Of a stretch of DNA of 64,000 bases, positions 25,655 through 39,002 are shown in pieces. The position numbers were made by a program, and so were the translations under genes. The notes beneath the pieces were generated by a model. That model ran no database searches. It had not been told where the DNA came from and was given only the letters and a program-made list of their open reading frames with translations. This stretch comes from Octopus sinensis (Eukaryota), in contig NC_042998.1 of NCBI RefSeq assembly GCF_006345805.1, forward strand, positions 190,588,001 to 190,652,000, read 5' to 3'. Positions within the stretch are counted from its first letter, which is position 1; each line of letters starts with the position of its first letter.

Positions 25655-25863
25655 TTTTACTCTTTACTCTTTTACTTGTTTCAGTCATTTGACTGTGGCC
25701 ATGCTGGAGCACCGCCTTTAGTCGAGCAAATCGACCCCAGGACTTATTCTTTGGAAGCCTAGTACTTTTTCTATCGGTCTGTTTTGCCGAACCGCTAAGT
25801 TACAGGGACGTAAACACACCAGCATCGGTTGTCAAGCGATATTGGGGAGACAAACACAGACAC

Positions 25864-25904
<41 letters not shown>

Positions 25905-26120
25905 CACACACACGCACACGCGCGCACGCACACACACATATATATATATACATATATACGACGGGCTTCTTTCAATTTCCGTCTACCAAATCCACTCACA
26001 AGGCTTTGGTCGGCCTGCGGCTATAGTAGAAGACACTTGCCCAAGGTGTCACACAGTGAGACTGAACCAGGAATCATGTGGTTGGTAAGCAAGCTACTTA
26101 CCACACAGCCACTCCTACGC
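25655..26120 (-). mobile_element. SINE family B copy
   Basis: Homologous to 732-1146. Confidence 0.85.
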
Positions 26121-26637
26121 TTAATTTGTTCATATTGTTTTCTGATTTAGCCACAAGGCAAGCAATTTCAGGGGAATATGGTGCAAAATGTATTCTTGTT
26201 TATATCGCTACCATGGTGATAGATCCCCGGCGCTGAGACAACCAGATCACGTGACTTTGACCTTCTTTTGTTTTGTCAATGATGAGCGCTCGACCGCTAG
26301 AGGTTTCAGCAAGTCATCTCCCCGCCAGCGACATACAGAATAACAAGGGCTGTATTTGAGCAACTGCTGATTCTAACGATGAAGCTTTTCTATCTTGGTT
26401 AGGAACCGCTCCGTCCTTCAAATAATTAAAGATAGAAGAGAGCATACATACATATGTACATAAATGTATGTATGCACACACACACATACATATTCTATTG
26501 TTGACTAAGCCGTTAAGAGAAAGTTAGTTTCAGTTGACATCAATTTTGCAATAATTTGACCCTACTCACACTGGTGAGTCACCACATCAGTAAATATTCC
26601 CCTGTTCTTAAACCTGCTTTAAAATCTCAATAAATTA

Positions 26638-26698
<61 letters not shown>

Positions 26699-26719
26699 CC
26701 TACCTACCTACCTACCTAC
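26638..26719. repeat. (TATC)n/(TACC)n tetranucleotide microsatellite
   Basis: Direct reading. Confidence 0.95.
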
Positions 26720-26755
26720 ATATCTGACATTTATACATATAAACATATACATATA

Positions 26756-27428
26756 TCTATATATATAAAACTCAACTTGTGTGTCTGTGTGTGTGTCTGT
26801 GTGTTTAACTTCCCGGCACATCTCCTCCAACAAATCGTAGAACCAGCAAAAATGGGTCACTTAAAGTTTAGGCGAATGAAAATTGAACTGCGCTATTTCT
26901 GTTCCGAAATTCATCTCGTAAGTGCAAAAATCGATAATGTGTTTGTTTAGGCCTTATCCCATGCATTGGATAGTGAACTTTACTCAGTCAGCTGTTTGAC
27001 GTGAACTGTGTTCACCACGCGTGCAAGCATGCATAAATTGCATGAAAAATAATAAATGAAGATATAAAAACGAATCGCCGTAAACATTGTAGAAATTCGT
27101 CAAAGAAATGAATTTTCGGGATGTAGCCTGGAGGGCTTTTTCGTATTAATCGTTTGGACTTTGTAAACACATACCAATATTTTTCATAACATTTTTAACG
27201 CTTTGAATTAAATGTGACCATTTTGCGCTGAGTCTGTAGTTTGAATCACTTTAACCAAATTTTAGCAGGCCTGATTTTTGATCATCACGATACATCGCCA
27301 GCGACTCCCTGAAACTCTCCCCTGAAATCCCCGTTGAGAAATCTATTATATATATAATAATACTTTGAATGTGACTCCTGAGAAAGAGTAAAAGTAATTA
27401 TCCGTTGAACGACGGGTATTACTGCTAG
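26756..27428 (+). mobile_element. Non-autonomous canonical Helitron (second family)
   Basis: A^TCtatatatataaaa start; hairpin ccgttgaacgacgg about 10 bp before CTAG^T at 27425-27428. Confidence 0.7.
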
Positions 27429-28210
27429 TATTTCATATATATGTAAATGTGTGTGTGTATCTATGTGAGTGTAAAATAACAAAGAAAAATGTTAAGATGT
27501 GATAAATTCAATGTGCAAAATTTTGAATATGATTAAAGAAAAATACAAATATTTGTAAAAATGTGTTTCTTATTGCAAGATTCTCAAAAGATATCGAAAT
27601 ATTCAAATTTATTTACAACTGTTATACGATATTAATTATTTTGATATTTTAATCTTGTTCATCTCATCAGAAATAGTATTCTGCTGAATAAACATATAAA
27701 TGTAGAATGATATGAAACAATAAATTAAAGATTCATAGAAATCTATTCTTGACTATTTACTATTGCCACAACTGTTAAACAGCGATGCAAAAATATTCAC
27801 TCTTATCCGAAAATACAAAAGTAGACATTATCTTTCATGATTTACAATGAAACGCATGCTGAAAAATGGGGTAGCTAATAATTTTCAAATACTCATCATA
27901 GCATTTTCCTCTTGGCCATATACTTGAACATTCTTATCATTTCTTCATTATGAACAGAAATGTCTTTTTGGTGTACAGTAGAATGAGAACAGAGATTACA
28001 CAACGTAACAATTTTCAAAAAAAAAAATTTGTTTATTGTATTTTTTTTTATTGTTTATCAATCCATTTTTTTCTGGTGATTCCAAAAATGAAATTATTTT
28101 TTGTGTATCATCAACAGTTAAAAAAAAATATGTCGACTTTCAATGTTGTTATATATTCGGTATTGTTATAATGTTCCGCTACTAAATTTATGTCTAATTT
28201 TCTCTTTCAG

Positions 28211-28402
28211 ACTAATTACTAAGTTCTGCTACTTGGACTCAAGCATGATTCTGCAGAAGGGTGACTGTTCATAGATAGCTCAACACGAAGTCTCAAAGCA
28301 GTATTGCTCCACAATGGAAATAAATATACTTCTTTGCTTCTTGCACACTCCATACAAATGAAAGAAAATTACGATAATATCAAAGAACTTCTCGACTGTG
28401 TA
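28211..28402 (+). pseudogene. DNA transposase fragment (recalled as CMC/Chapaev3-type)
   Basis: LGLKHDSAEG*LFIDSSTRSLKAVLLHNGNKYTSLLLAHSIQMKENYDNIKELL matches the WRLFIDSS-SLKAVLLHNGN family motif. Confidence 0.65.
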
Positions 28403-28429
28403 ACAGTATTGCTGCGTGTTCACCTGCTG

Positions 28430-29400
28430 GATTTGATGGTTTTATTTCACATACTGTATTTGAGTGGTAATCATTATCTTTAAGCTTCTCCGAGAGGATT
28501 CTCTGTGACTCTGGTGTCAGAGAGATTTTTCAGCTGCTGAGCACTCGACTTTAGGTCGTTTGCACGAATAAAACTTGATATGGAAATAAAATTGTGTAGC
28601 TTTTGTACCATATTAATAATGAAACAATAACAGCCTCATTTTGCACTTTACACAAATGCAAGGTTCAAAAAGTATGCATAACAGGGAGCATAAAAAACTT
28701 TTACACTATAAATAAGAATTCTCGATGGAAGCCTTTTTACAATTTAACGTAGTTCCATTGTAAACATGTGTCATTTGTATACAATTTCTTTCCAAAAAGA
28801 AGATAATTTCCTCCGGATCTTCACAAATTGTAAACTCTAAATCACACACTTCAATGACACACTCTTTGATTTTATTATCAGACACATAACGTAAGCACAT
28901 AATAGCTTGTTGAATGTAGAAAACATCTGTAGTTTCATCCATAAGAAATGATTATATTGTTGTTGCCTTTATTTCATTTAATATTGATTTTCTTACATAA
29001 GTGGCCAACGATTTCATTATGTCTTTTTAAAAACTGCTTGAGAGCATTGACACATGTGGTCTCTCTTTTTTCCGACTAGATACTCTATAGAGCATTCTAG
29101 ACGTGTCTTGATAACACTCATTTTTGTCAAACGGTTCGACGAATTCAAGAGAATTTTTTTCTTGTCTAAACTTGTTTGGCTTTCATTCTCTCCACTTAAC
29201 GCTCGCTAGTCCTCGTTGAGCTGAATATAAAGTTGTAACATCTATTGTTTATTTATTTCAATATTTTCTTGCATTCTTTGCCACATATGTTTGTTTCTTT
29301 GCTGCTGCAAAAGATTTTTCCAAAGAACTTAGACTTATTCCGTCTGACTAGATGTTTCCTGTACTTCTGACGATGCATGCTTTTTTGCGCTGCACGTACC
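28430..29400 (-). pseudogene. hAT (Tip100/ZMYM1-DUF4371-like) transposase fragment
   Basis: SFLMDETTDVFYIQQAIMCLRYV..IKE, upstream ILNEIKA, downstream LKNLSDTR. Confidence 0.7.
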
Positions 29401-29767
29401 TGATATCAATAATTTGTTCCTACAGATCTCCGTGTTATTTTCTGATTTATTTGCTTTCACAGCAATAATCGACAATCGAAGCTACTCATACAAAAGAGTT
29501 CTACAGATTACTCAAGATAAGGAATATTCTTTTCTTTGTGCTTGTAGAAAGACCGTTCCCTTTTATTCATGAGTAACTTACTACTTACTGGTTTATTTGT
29601 CCCTATTGAGGTATTGACAATACCAGAGAAAAAAACTATTTTTTACCGGGTGATATATTTTTATACATATTTTTATATTTTGGTGATGAGCGTTGATACA
29701 TTTGCCATTATAAATATAGATCTCTTTAAACAACCTATATTACATGCATTTCAAATTCTGGTTTATT

Positions 29768-30187
29768 TTTTACTCTTTTACTCTTTTACTTGTTTCAGTC
29801 ATTTGACTGTGGCCATGCTGGAGCGCCGCTTTTAGTCGAGCAAATCTACCCCAGGACTTATTATTTGTAAACCTAGTACTTATTCTATCGTTCTCTTTTG
29901 CCGAACCGCTAAGTTATGGGGACGTAAACACACCAGCATCGGTTGTCAAGCGATGTTGGGGTGGGGGGGACAAACACAGACACACAAACATACACACACA
30001 CATACACATATATCTACATATATACGACGGGCTTCTTTCAGTTTCCGTCTACCAAATCCACTCACAAGGCTTTGGTCGGCCCGAGGATATAGTAGAAGAC
30101 ACTTGCCCAAGGTGCCACGCAGTGGGACTGAACCCGGAACCATGTGGTTGTTAAGCAAGCTACTTACCACACAGCCACTCCTACGCC
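29768..30187 (-). mobile_element. SINE family B copy
   Basis: Homologous to 732-1146. Confidence 0.85.
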
Positions 30188-30529
30188 TATTTTCTTCATA
30201 AAAGACTCAGGCCAAACGCCTGCTTACTTCTAATCACTCATCTAATAACGATTTGTAAAGCAGATACAAAAATCAAGCATATTGTGGGTATGTGTGTGTA
30301 GGTATATAAAGGAAGAAGGAGTTATCATCATAAATTACGATAATTGCAGAAAAGCATTATTAAAACGTATTTTTATAAGAGATAATGGTGTCATTGAGAC
30401 CCAAAGGTGTCAGGTAATGCTGAATAAGTGCTATAGACAAACCATAGTTAAGTACCAGATTCGGTAATATTGCGAATAAAGGGTTCAACGTTGGTTCTAT
30501 GTCAGCGTGTGTATATAAGAAGTGTTTGC

Positions 30530-30945
30530 GTAATAAAATAAAAAACGAAGGCTGTGTAGATGGGAATGACCAAGTTTAAAAATCTGCTGGACAAGGGAAT
30601 TTTACATTGCTTATAAACTCTATATTTGGAAGGACTCATTTTAAACTCTGTTGGACTTTTGGACTTTACTCATAGGATATTGGAATATAGCATGTATACC
30701 ATTATGCTTAAGAATTGGATTTAAATCTTCAATGCCCATACATATCTTGCATCTATTTTCTTTCCTCCATCTCACTCTCTATTTTGTATCACATCTAAAC
30801 TAACTATGACTTAACTATCCCCTCACACCGTCTCCGATGAAGGGATATAATTAATAAATACCCTACAAACAGCTGTAAGACCTTCCATCTATAAATGCTC
30901 TAATATCTACACAGCCTTGGTTTTTTTTTATCTTATTACGTAAAA
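30530..30945 (+). mobile_element. Penelope-type pseudo-LTR derivative with inverted ends and hammerhead-like motif
   Basis: 30800-30945 homologous to the right arm of the 44.2-kb palindrome; aaaaaacgaaggctgtgtagat (about 30540) is inverted to atctacacagccttggttttt (about 30906). Confidence 0.6.
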
Positions 30946-31429
30946 AATTCTTATATAAAAGTATTTTTATTCACTTTTAATGAAAATAATGTTGATTTTA
31001 AAAATAAATTCCGTATTAAAGTTGGAGAGGTTATAATATCTTGTTTAATACATTATTTATTAATTTTAAAATATAAACGTTAGTTTTTGTACTTCGGCGA
31101 CTGCAGTGAGTTGCACATTTTATATATTGATTTAGAAATGCTGCAACTAGTATCTGAGAAATAGGTGCTTGAAATTTGTTTCGTATTAAGATATATTTTT
31201 TGAATTTTGATTAAAAGGATACATTTGACACGAAGAACAAAAAAATGCAAGGGTTCAAACACCTAAAGAACTCTCCTTGTACATGTACCTGTGTATAGGG
31301 GCATAGTTATATGAATATAGCTATACGCGTGTTTAACTATGTCTCTCTTTCTCTTTCCCCTCCCACTCTCTCGTTATCTCTCTCCATCGTAGATTTAGCA
31401 CACTTACCTGTACAATAGATTTCTTAGAC

Positions 31430-31860
31430 ATCGAGCTAGTGCCTTTCTGTCCACAAGTCGTTTTGCCAAGATTCTTCAGCTTCCTCTGTATTATGCTGCA
31501 CACTTCCAATCAGTTAGGGATCTTGTTTCCAGTCCATTATTTGATGTCGTCAGTCCACAAACGTCTTTGGCAGTCTCTTGCTCTCTTCCCTTCCACATTT
31601 CCTGTCAAAATGGTCTAGGACAATGGTACGTGGTACCTTGTATGCCTAAAATAGAATAGCTTTATGCACTCGATTCTCGACAATAGGTGACTTTGGATTT
31701 TCGGGTTCTCTAGTGCTGCAGCGTTTGTTAGCTTGTCTTTCCAACATATTCTGCCAAGTTTGCGAAAAATCTCCATCTCGAAGTCATCTATCAACTCCAT
31801 TGTCCGTACATTGTCCAATTTCTGCTCCGCAGAAGACAATTGACTTCTCATAACAACCTA
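31430..31860 (-). pseudogene. RTE-clade LINE 3' fragment
   Basis: FEMEIFRKLGRICWKDKLTN, KLFYFRH, ILTGNVEGKRAR, LWTDDIK*WTG. Confidence 0.8.
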
Positions 31861-31894
31861 AATATAATTTACACTCTCGATGAATGCAGGAGAG

Positions 31895-31936
<42 letters not shown>

Positions 31937-32123
31937 GAAGAGAGAGAAGACAAAGAGGAAGAGGGGAAGTGGAATAAAGGAGAAGAGAGCGAAAGAAGGA
32001 GAGGAAGCGAGAAGAGAGAGGAAGAGAGAAGAGAGAGGAAGAGAGAGAATGAAGAATCAAGGATTATAATTATTATTTCTTTTTATCAATTAATCACTTT
32101 CTTACAGTGCACGTTCTTCTGTC

Positions 32124-32260
32124 TGGTGGCGCGTAGCTTTGTGGTTAGGCTGCTGCAATTATAATCGTAAGATTGCAGTTTCGATTCCTGGACCGAGTGA
32201 TGTGTAGTGTTTTAGAGTAAAACTCTTCATTTCACGTTACTCCAGTACACTTGCAGTACC
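32124..32260 (+). mobile_element. Decayed tRNA-derived SINE (different family)
   Basis: A-box-like tggcgcgtagctttgtggttagg and B-box-like agtttcgattcctgg. Confidence 0.45.
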
Positions 32261-34551
32261 GGGTTGACTCTGCTTCGCTGATTTGCTTTAATAAAGCTGA
32301 AACCTGTCTAGAGTTACTATCTTACTACCAAAGACCAAAGTCACTCCCACCGCATTCTAACTTTGACTAAACTGAGTCAATTTAAATTCGTGAGTTGCCC
32401 CCTCTGTTTATTCGTTTTAAACCAGAAATAATCATTAAGCTTATGATTGTTTAACTTTTCACCACAACTGTAATTTTAATTAATTAAAATTTCCTTACTC
32501 ACTAATTAAGCAGATTCCCCGCTTTCAGTTAACGTCCTCATTGCGATATATAATAGTTTAATGTTAAAAACAGTGAAATTAGCATAGAATGGCAGACTGG
32601 ATTATTTATTGTATCTTAACTTGGAATCTCCTGTTGCTGAGAAAGGCATAATACTTCCTAGAAGGGGTGTATTCTGCCTATCAGATCAATAAATAGCAGT
32701 AATGTATTAAGGATAAGTCAATTATTTTTCACCATTTTGCAGAAAAATGCTCTAGCGTGAAGGAGATAAATGAAATTAGTTTTGTGTAATTAATATTTTC
32801 GAGCTTTACTACTTAGTTAAACTGGTTGAAGTGGAGAGAGTGGAAAACGTGTGCTCTGCTAAAGAAAAGATTAGATGTGTCGTATTTGATATAGTTTTCT
32901 GCCGTGAATATCATTAAGTCTTGTGAACAAACGTGTCAGAATGAAGGTGCGAGATACAACTAGTTTGTAAAAGAATGAAAGATATGAAAATAATGTGTTA
33001 GTTGAGAACAATAAGTTAGACGAGGTACTGATAAAGTAGCATATGAATATCCTGAAATCAGATAAATTTATAAAATTGGAAAAATTAATGGAAACTCGGG
33101 GGCCATAGTTCAAGGACGGTAGTGTAACAAAATCAACGACATATCATTACACCATTACAATAAAATGTTAAAAGCTAGCTCACTGCATGTTCATCGATGC
33201 AACTTTGCGTTAGTCTGAAATCTAATATGCCAGATTTCGATTCATGCGAAAAACAGATGGAAATATACAATTACAGCAATTAAAAAAAAAAAAAGAATCA
33301 TATTTGAAATATAAAGGACTTAGGAAAGTTTGTGAAATTTGAATTTTAGTTCCTGTGTGAATGGTAGCTTTGTAGGAAGTTGTTGTGGTACGTCACATTA
33401 GAGTGTTAATGGAATAGCTTACAAATATTCTTTTGTTAAATTCTATTACATGAGCTTCCTTCTATATTATACAGTAACTACACACAGAGAAAGAAAAAGA
33501 AAGACAGAGAGAGAGAGAGAGAGAGGGAGAGAGAAAGATAGAAAGAAAAAGAGAGAAACAGAAAGGTGAGGGTGAGAGAGAGAAAGAGAGAATGAGAGGC
33601 AGGCTGTTATTTAAGATTCAGTTTCCTACCTGACCGTACTCCTGGAAGAAAAATAATCTTGCCACTGACATGTTGCAATGTTTTATTTAATAGATAGAGT
33701 TCTATGTCACAGAATTTAAACCAACACTTCTCATAATGCTCTCTCTGTTTTGAGATTTGACAAAGCATTTTAACTAACATTTGGTTATATTATATGTTTT
33801 GCTTATTTTGTTCTAAAATTGATAGCATTCACATTTGAACAAGAAAAATATTTGCTCTTAGAAAATATTCTTTTTTTTTTCACTTTCGTTTATATTTACA
33901 CCTATTCAGTTTCACGATATCTTACGTTGCAAAATAGTAAAAATTTTATTTTTTATCTCGGGAATAACACAATAATCTGTAATATAAATTATATAACATA
34001 ATACCTTCAGTTTGGAAATACCGATTTAAAATTATTTTGTCAATTCTTCTAAGTCAGAATCCCGGTAGATATGGAAAAGATATCTATAGCCTTTTCCCAT
34101 ATACAGGTGACGGTGGCTTTAACCTCAACAGATGTCATTTATTTGAAGTGATACGCAAATAAATTATAAGCTATTTTAAAGTATTATTTACCAGGGAAGT
34201 TAATCAAGGTTCAAAATCATATCCCAAGATGATTCAGAGATAGGACATGTATGTGATTGCTCGACTTTCAAGAGAAACCTTCTCCCAAATAAGATCTCAT
34301 AGTCTTAAAAGGATTCATTGCATAATGTAGTCCTGTATATCTTAATGACAGATAGGATGCCTACGGTTGGAACTCTCGTAATCATGTGTCTGCCCGTTCA
34401 CAGCTGATCCTGAATAAAAGAACAGAAGTAACAATGACGACGACGATAACGATGACCATGGAACTCTGAAGCGAGGGCGACACAGTATTTCTATTACATT
34501 TAGCAACAAACAGCATAAGATAGTTCACTCTTAATAACACAGGTTACCAAA

Positions 34552-34866
34552 TCTATATATAAAGCTGAAGTTGTCTGTGTATGGCAGGTTTGGTAGCCTC
34601 CAACTAACACTATCTCCTCCGAGACCCTGCGCCGCAAGTTGACCAAAATTGAGAGTATGATAGAAGAAGGCTTACTCTTGACTTCCATAGAAGAAAAAAT
34701 TCAAATCGGACCATGTTAACACCAACAATTATTTACATCAAAAAGGTGCTTTTTTTCCATGAATATCCCTATTTTTTACGATTTTTTGACTGTTGTGTCG
34801 CCATTTTTCGGTGTATTTCAACCAGAAAAATGTTCACTTAAAGAGAATAACAAGCTACATAATGCA
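34552..34866 (+). mobile_element. Non-autonomous Helitron family 1, 3'-truncated
   Basis: A^TCtatatataaagctgaagttgtc; homologous to 36443-36820. Confidence 0.8.
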
Positions 34867-35035
34867 GTAGTAACGAAACTAAAGCACGCAGAGTAAAGCC
34901 GCTTGGCACAGATTGACCTTGGACTCTGTTGTGTGTGCGTACTAAGTTTAAATGTTCCAGCTCCCTTCCGCTGTTTACAGTAGTGCTTGGAAGGAATGGG
35001 TGTAGCGTTTATGTAAACACATGTACATAATCACA

Positions 35036-35466
35036 CGCAGGAGTGGCTGTGTGGTAAGTAGCTTGCTTACGAACCACATGGTTCCGGGTTCAGTCCCACT
35101 GCGTGGCATCTTGGGCAAGTGTCTTCTGCTATAGCCCCGGGCCGACCAATGCCTTGTGAGTGGATTTGGTAGACGGAAACTGAAAGAAGCCTGTCGTATA
35201 TATGTATATATATATATATATATATATGATGGTGTGTGTGTGTGTGTATGTGTTTGTGTGTCTGTGTTTGTCCCCCTAGCATTGCTTGTCAACCTATGCT
35301 GGTGTGTTTACGTCCCCATCACTTAGCGGTTCGGCACAAGAGACCGATAGAATAAGTACTGGGTTTACAAAGATTAAGTCCCGGGGTTGATTTGCTCGGC
35401 TAAAGGCGGTGCTCCAGCATGGCCACAATAAAATGACTGAAACAAGTAAAAGACTAAAAGAGTAAG
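35036..35466 (+). mobile_element. SINE family B copy
   Basis: Homologous to 3326-3785. Confidence 0.85.
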
Positions 35467-35828
35467 AGAGATATATACACAAACACACAAACACACACTA
35501 AGATTTACTGAGGTCAAAATAAACGACATCTATATTTTAGCCCTGTTCCAGAACTTTTAGAATTACGTCAAAGTGACGAAAAAACTGTGTTAGTCATATG
35601 TATTCTTTCTACTATAGACACAAAGCACGAAATTTTGGAGGAAAAGAGCTAGTTGATTACATCGACTCCAGTGCGTAACTGGTGCTTATTTTATTGACCA
35701 CGAAAGTATAAAAGGCAAAGTCGACCTCGGTGGAATTTGAACTCAGAACGTAAAAGCGGGAGAAACGCTGCTAAGCATTTTGTCTGGTGTGCTAATTGCG
35801 TTTTAGTTTTTCTAATTTTTATTTATGA

Positions 35829-36220
35829 CTAGCAGTATCGCCCGGCGTTGCTCGGGTTTGTTTCGACCCTTTAGAATTGTAATTTTTGAAAAATAAAATG
35901 TTGCATAATGTAGCTTGTTATTCTCTTTAGGTGAACATTTTTCTGGTTGAAATACACCGAAAAATGGCGACATAGCAGTAAAAAAATCGTACAAAATAGG
36001 GATTTTCATTGAAAAAAAAACACCATTTTGATGTAAATAATTTTTGTTGTTAACATGGTCCGATTTGAATTTATTCTTCTACGGAAGGAAGAGCAAGTCT
36101 TCTTCTATCATAATCTCAATTTTGGTCAACTTGCACCGCAGGGTCTCGGAGGAGATAGTTTTAGTTGAAGGCTACCAAACCTGCCATACACAGACAACTT
36201 CAGCTTTATATATATAGAGA
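35829..36220 (-). mobile_element. Complete non-autonomous Helitron family 1
   Basis: 5' TC at 36220, hairpin cccgagcaacgccggg, 3' CTAG at 35829-35832, inserted between A and T. Confidence 0.85.
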
Positions 36221-36442
36221 TTTCTCTAATTTTTTATAGTCTCCAGGTGATGTAGTATATTGCAATTTTTAGTTGTATGTGAATGATGAACCGAAGGGAA
36301 AGTTGGAATCATGAAGTTTATAAAATTTATACAAGATCAAACAAAACTAGATAGGAAATAATTGATAAATTACATATATATCCCATGCAGAAATCCTTAC
36401 AGAAGTGATGATTAATGATGTAAGTACAGTACCTTGCTAAAA

Positions 36443-36820
36443 TCTCTCTCTATATAAAGCTGAAGTTGTCTGTGTAAGGCAGGTTTGATAGCCATCAACT
36501 AACACTATCTCCTCAGAGACCCTGCGGCACAAGTTGACCAAAATTGAGAGTATGATAGAAGAAGGCTTGCTCTTCATTCCGTAGAAGAAAAAATTCAAAA
36601 ATTATTTACATCAAAAAGGTGCTTTTTTTCTATGAAAATTCCTATTTTTTACGATTTTTTGACTGTGACTGCTGTGTCGCCACTTAGCGGTGTATTTCAA
36701 CCAGAAAAAATGTTCACTTAAAGAAAATAACAAGCTACATAATGCAAAATGTTTACTTTTCAAAAATTCTAATTCTAAAGGATCGAAACAAACCCGAGCA
36801 ACACCGGACGATACTGCTAG
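36443..36820 (+). mobile_element. Complete non-autonomous Helitron family 1
   Basis: A^TC start, hairpin cccgagcaacaccgg, CTAG^T at 36817-36820. Confidence 0.85.
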
Positions 36821-37068
36821 TAAACAAATAAAATCGAAAAGTCAAGAAACACTCTTTGATTTCTGAAGTAAAACGCTAAGGGTCAAGCATTCAAATTTCA
36901 AAATTTCAATTCTGACAGTAATTTCAACAATAATCCCACTCACCTTACCAGCCTTGGTCTAACCTTAAATAATCTACAGGTGTGTTTGAGGTTGCTAAAA
37001 TAACAGAAGGCGGGGAGCTTCAAATTTTTCCAGTGCTGTATTCAGTATGGTGCAAATGGCAAATTATA

Positions 37069-37476
37069 GCAGGAGTGGCTGTGTGGTAAGTAACTTGTTT
37101 ACCAACCACATGGTTCCGGGTTCAGTCCCACTGCGTGGCACCTTGGGCATGTGTGTCTTCCTCGGGCCGACCAAAGCCTTGTGAGTGGATTTGGTAGACG
37201 GAAACTGAAAGAAGCCCGTCGTATATATGTATATATATATGCGTGTGTGTGTTCGTGTGTCTGTGTTTGTCCCACTAGCATTGCTTGACAACCGATGCTG
37301 GTGTGTTTATGTCCCCGTTACTTAGCGGTTCGGCAAAACAGACCGATAGAATAAGTACTGGGCTTACAAAAGAATAAGTCCCGGGATCGAGTTGCTCGAT
37401 TATAGGCGGTGCTCCAGCATGGCCGCAGTCAAATGACTGAAACAAGTAAAAGAGTAAAAGAGTAAAAGAGAGTAAA
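37069..37476 (+). mobile_element. SINE family B copy
   Basis: Homologous to 3326-3785; (aagagt)n tail. Confidence 0.85.
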
Positions 37477-38028
37477 TAAAAAACTTATAAAAATTTCTAA
37501 TTTCTTGTGATTCTAGTTATAGGTCAATAATTTGTATATATTGCTTAATGCTATATACTATTAAAGGTATAAGATTAAAGAAACAAAGCACGTTATATTT
37601 AATAGAATTGTCGGGTGTAGTCCAAGGGTAGCCTCGAAGAAAGCTGAATGTTTAATCTGATATTTCACATTGAGTAATTATGGAAGTTTCGAAAGTACAC
37701 TTTGTTGAGCTATCCCTTGGGTATTAGTTGGCTTTAACCCGGCCCTGGTCCAAGTCCTTTATAAACTAGCGACAATATGTCACCTTCATCCTGAAGAGAA
37801 GACCATGCATATCTATAAATTCCGACACACACACGCATATATGTGTATATATTTACATGCACATACGTACATATATACATATATACTGTATACACACACA
37901 CACATACATACAGAGACGCGCATATATACAACATACTTACACACACACGTACTCACACATACACACATGGAGGCGCGCACGCACACACATACACAGACAT
38001 ACGCACACGCATATATTTGACACCACAT

Positions 38029-38430
38029 AAAGGCGGCGAGCTGGCAGAAACGTTAGCACGCCGGGCGAAATGCTTAGCAGTATTTCGTCTGCCGTTACGT
38101 TCTGAGTTCAAATTCCGCCGGGGTCCACCTTGCCTTTCATCCTGTCGGGGTCGATAAATTACGTACCGGTTATGCACTGGGGTCGATGTTATCGACTTAA
38201 TCCCTTTGTCTGTTCTTGTTTGTCCCCTTGTGGGTAGTAAAGAAATAGGTATTTCGTCTGCTGCTACGTTCTGAGTTCAAATTCCGCCGAGGTCGACTTT
38301 GCCTTTCATCCTTTCGGGGTCGATAAATTACGTACCAGTTACGCACTGGAATCGATGTAATCGACTTAATCCGTTTGTCTGTCTTTGTTTGTCCTCTCTG
38401 TGTTTGGCCCCTTGTGGATAGTAAAGAAAT
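38029..38430 (+). mobile_element. SINE A dimer
   Basis: One head; second unit starts after the aaagaaatagg-tatttcgtc junction near 38248. Confidence 0.85.
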
Positions 38431-38434
38431 AATA

Positions 38435-38935
38435 TATGTGACACCAGCCACATCAACACTACAGCATAGCTGTCCAGTTCATCACTCTTTTAACAGTGTC
38501 CGCACACAGTGACTCTACATACTCAAGGAAACGGAAAGAACAACGCTTCATATTCGAACGTGGGACCATGTTACCGATGCGTTTAAACAAACGCTTTTCC
38601 TTCCACTCCTACTCATCCTCTCAACTAGGTAATCCCTATCTGATCTTTCAGCTCTCCTCTTACGTCAATGTTTCCCTTCACATCACCTTGTCCTTTGCCC
38701 GCTTTTATCTTTCTCTTTTCTTCTACCGCTGTCACCAAGTCCCTCCTCCTCCTTCCTGTATACTATGATGTTGACTTTCTCTTGCCTTCCTCTTCAGCTG
38801 CAACCAATTTAAACACAGATGACTTAAAAACCAAACTGCCTTTCTTTAATTTCACTTCTATTAGTTTTTCTCAGACGAAGGTCACTGTTCGAAACGTTGG
38901 ATTTTTCGCTCGCTGCGTCAATTTCACGATATTCT
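38435..38935 (+). mobile_element. Penelope-like element 3' end (GIY-YIG C-terminus plus pseudo-LTR)
   Basis: RKRKEQRFIFERGTMLPMRLNKRFSF resembles the PLE endonuclease terminus (EQ.LIF.LGT..P.GLN); downstream cagacgaag...cgaaacgttg. Confidence 0.65.
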
Positions 38936-38937
38936 TT

Positions 38938-39002
<65 letters not shown>

